This document shows, piece by piece, positions 63,501-64,000 of a stretch of 64,000 nt of DNA. The stretch lies in the NCBI GenBank assembly GCA_050084515.1, contig CM114271.1, forward strand, positions 34,286,001-34,350,000. Reading direction: 5' to 3'. The notes beneath the pieces were generated by a model. It ran no database searches, was not told where the DNA came from, and worked only from the letters and a program-made list of their open reading frames with translations. The position numbers and the translations under genes were made by a program. How positions within the stretch are numbered: position 1 is the stretch's first letter; each line of letters opens with the position of its first letter. The DNA is from Blasia pusilla (taxonomy: Eukaryota).

Positions 63501-64000
63501 TAGGATGCGGATGGTGCCTCATCCTTCCTAACAAGTATGTGTTATACGCCATACCTATAAAGACTGTAAGGTTTAATATCAAGTTGGGGCATTTTAGAAG
63601 AAAGTGTGCTTACGACTTACTCTAGGTTTAATATCGTTTGCATGGCATGAAGATTGATTTTGAGCGAATTGGAGCAAAACTCATTGTGGGTGATTGAGTG
63701 CAATCAACCTTCAATGCTCCCACTCACAAATTTAATCTTTTCTTGATAATGGGATCAAGCCATCGTGGAGTCTAGACTTTGCTTGACCTTTGCCATTGAC
63801 ATTTTGTCCTCATATGTATTGTGTTGGTCATACTGTCAAACAAGGCAAGTGAAGGAGCGACTTACATTTTACTAGATCTTGTGTTGAGTCATTATAGTGT
63901 ACGCATTAAAGTGTTAAAAAACAAATCTATTTGTTGAGTTTAGAGGGAAGTTTTAGGCTTGAATGATTAGGCATTGTTAGATTATTGTACCGCATCTAAG

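Overview
This is eukaryotic land-plant nuclear DNA. It is most likely from a bryophyte such as a liverwort or moss, an inference from the gene and transposon types. The first ~14.4 kb is a nested LTR-retrotransposon pile. It contains a decayed Ty3/gypsy chromovirus-like element (family A, tRNA-iMet PBS), two ~2-kb copies of a second LTR-like family (B) around a dead gag, and a family-A solo LTR with a perfect 5-bp TSD. Five spliced or putative host genes follow. On the minus strand are an orphan ~152-aa ORF, a sucrose-phosphate phosphatase (SPP) with a plastid-transit-like N-terminus and no C-terminal domain, and BASS2. An AFG1/ZapE-like ATPase (+) converges on a complete 17-exon FEN1 (-). At 41-43.6 kb a deleted gypsy derivative fuses gag to an integrase C-terminus that ends in a PHD finger. 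Other notable features are several unrelated near-perfect hairpins with 23-24-bp arms, two interlocking double palindromes, two GC-AG introns, an out-of-frame BASS2 start, and a copia-like solo LTR inside a FEN1 intron. I found no tRNA, rRNA or CRISPR. All exon boundaries were read by eye and no database search was run.
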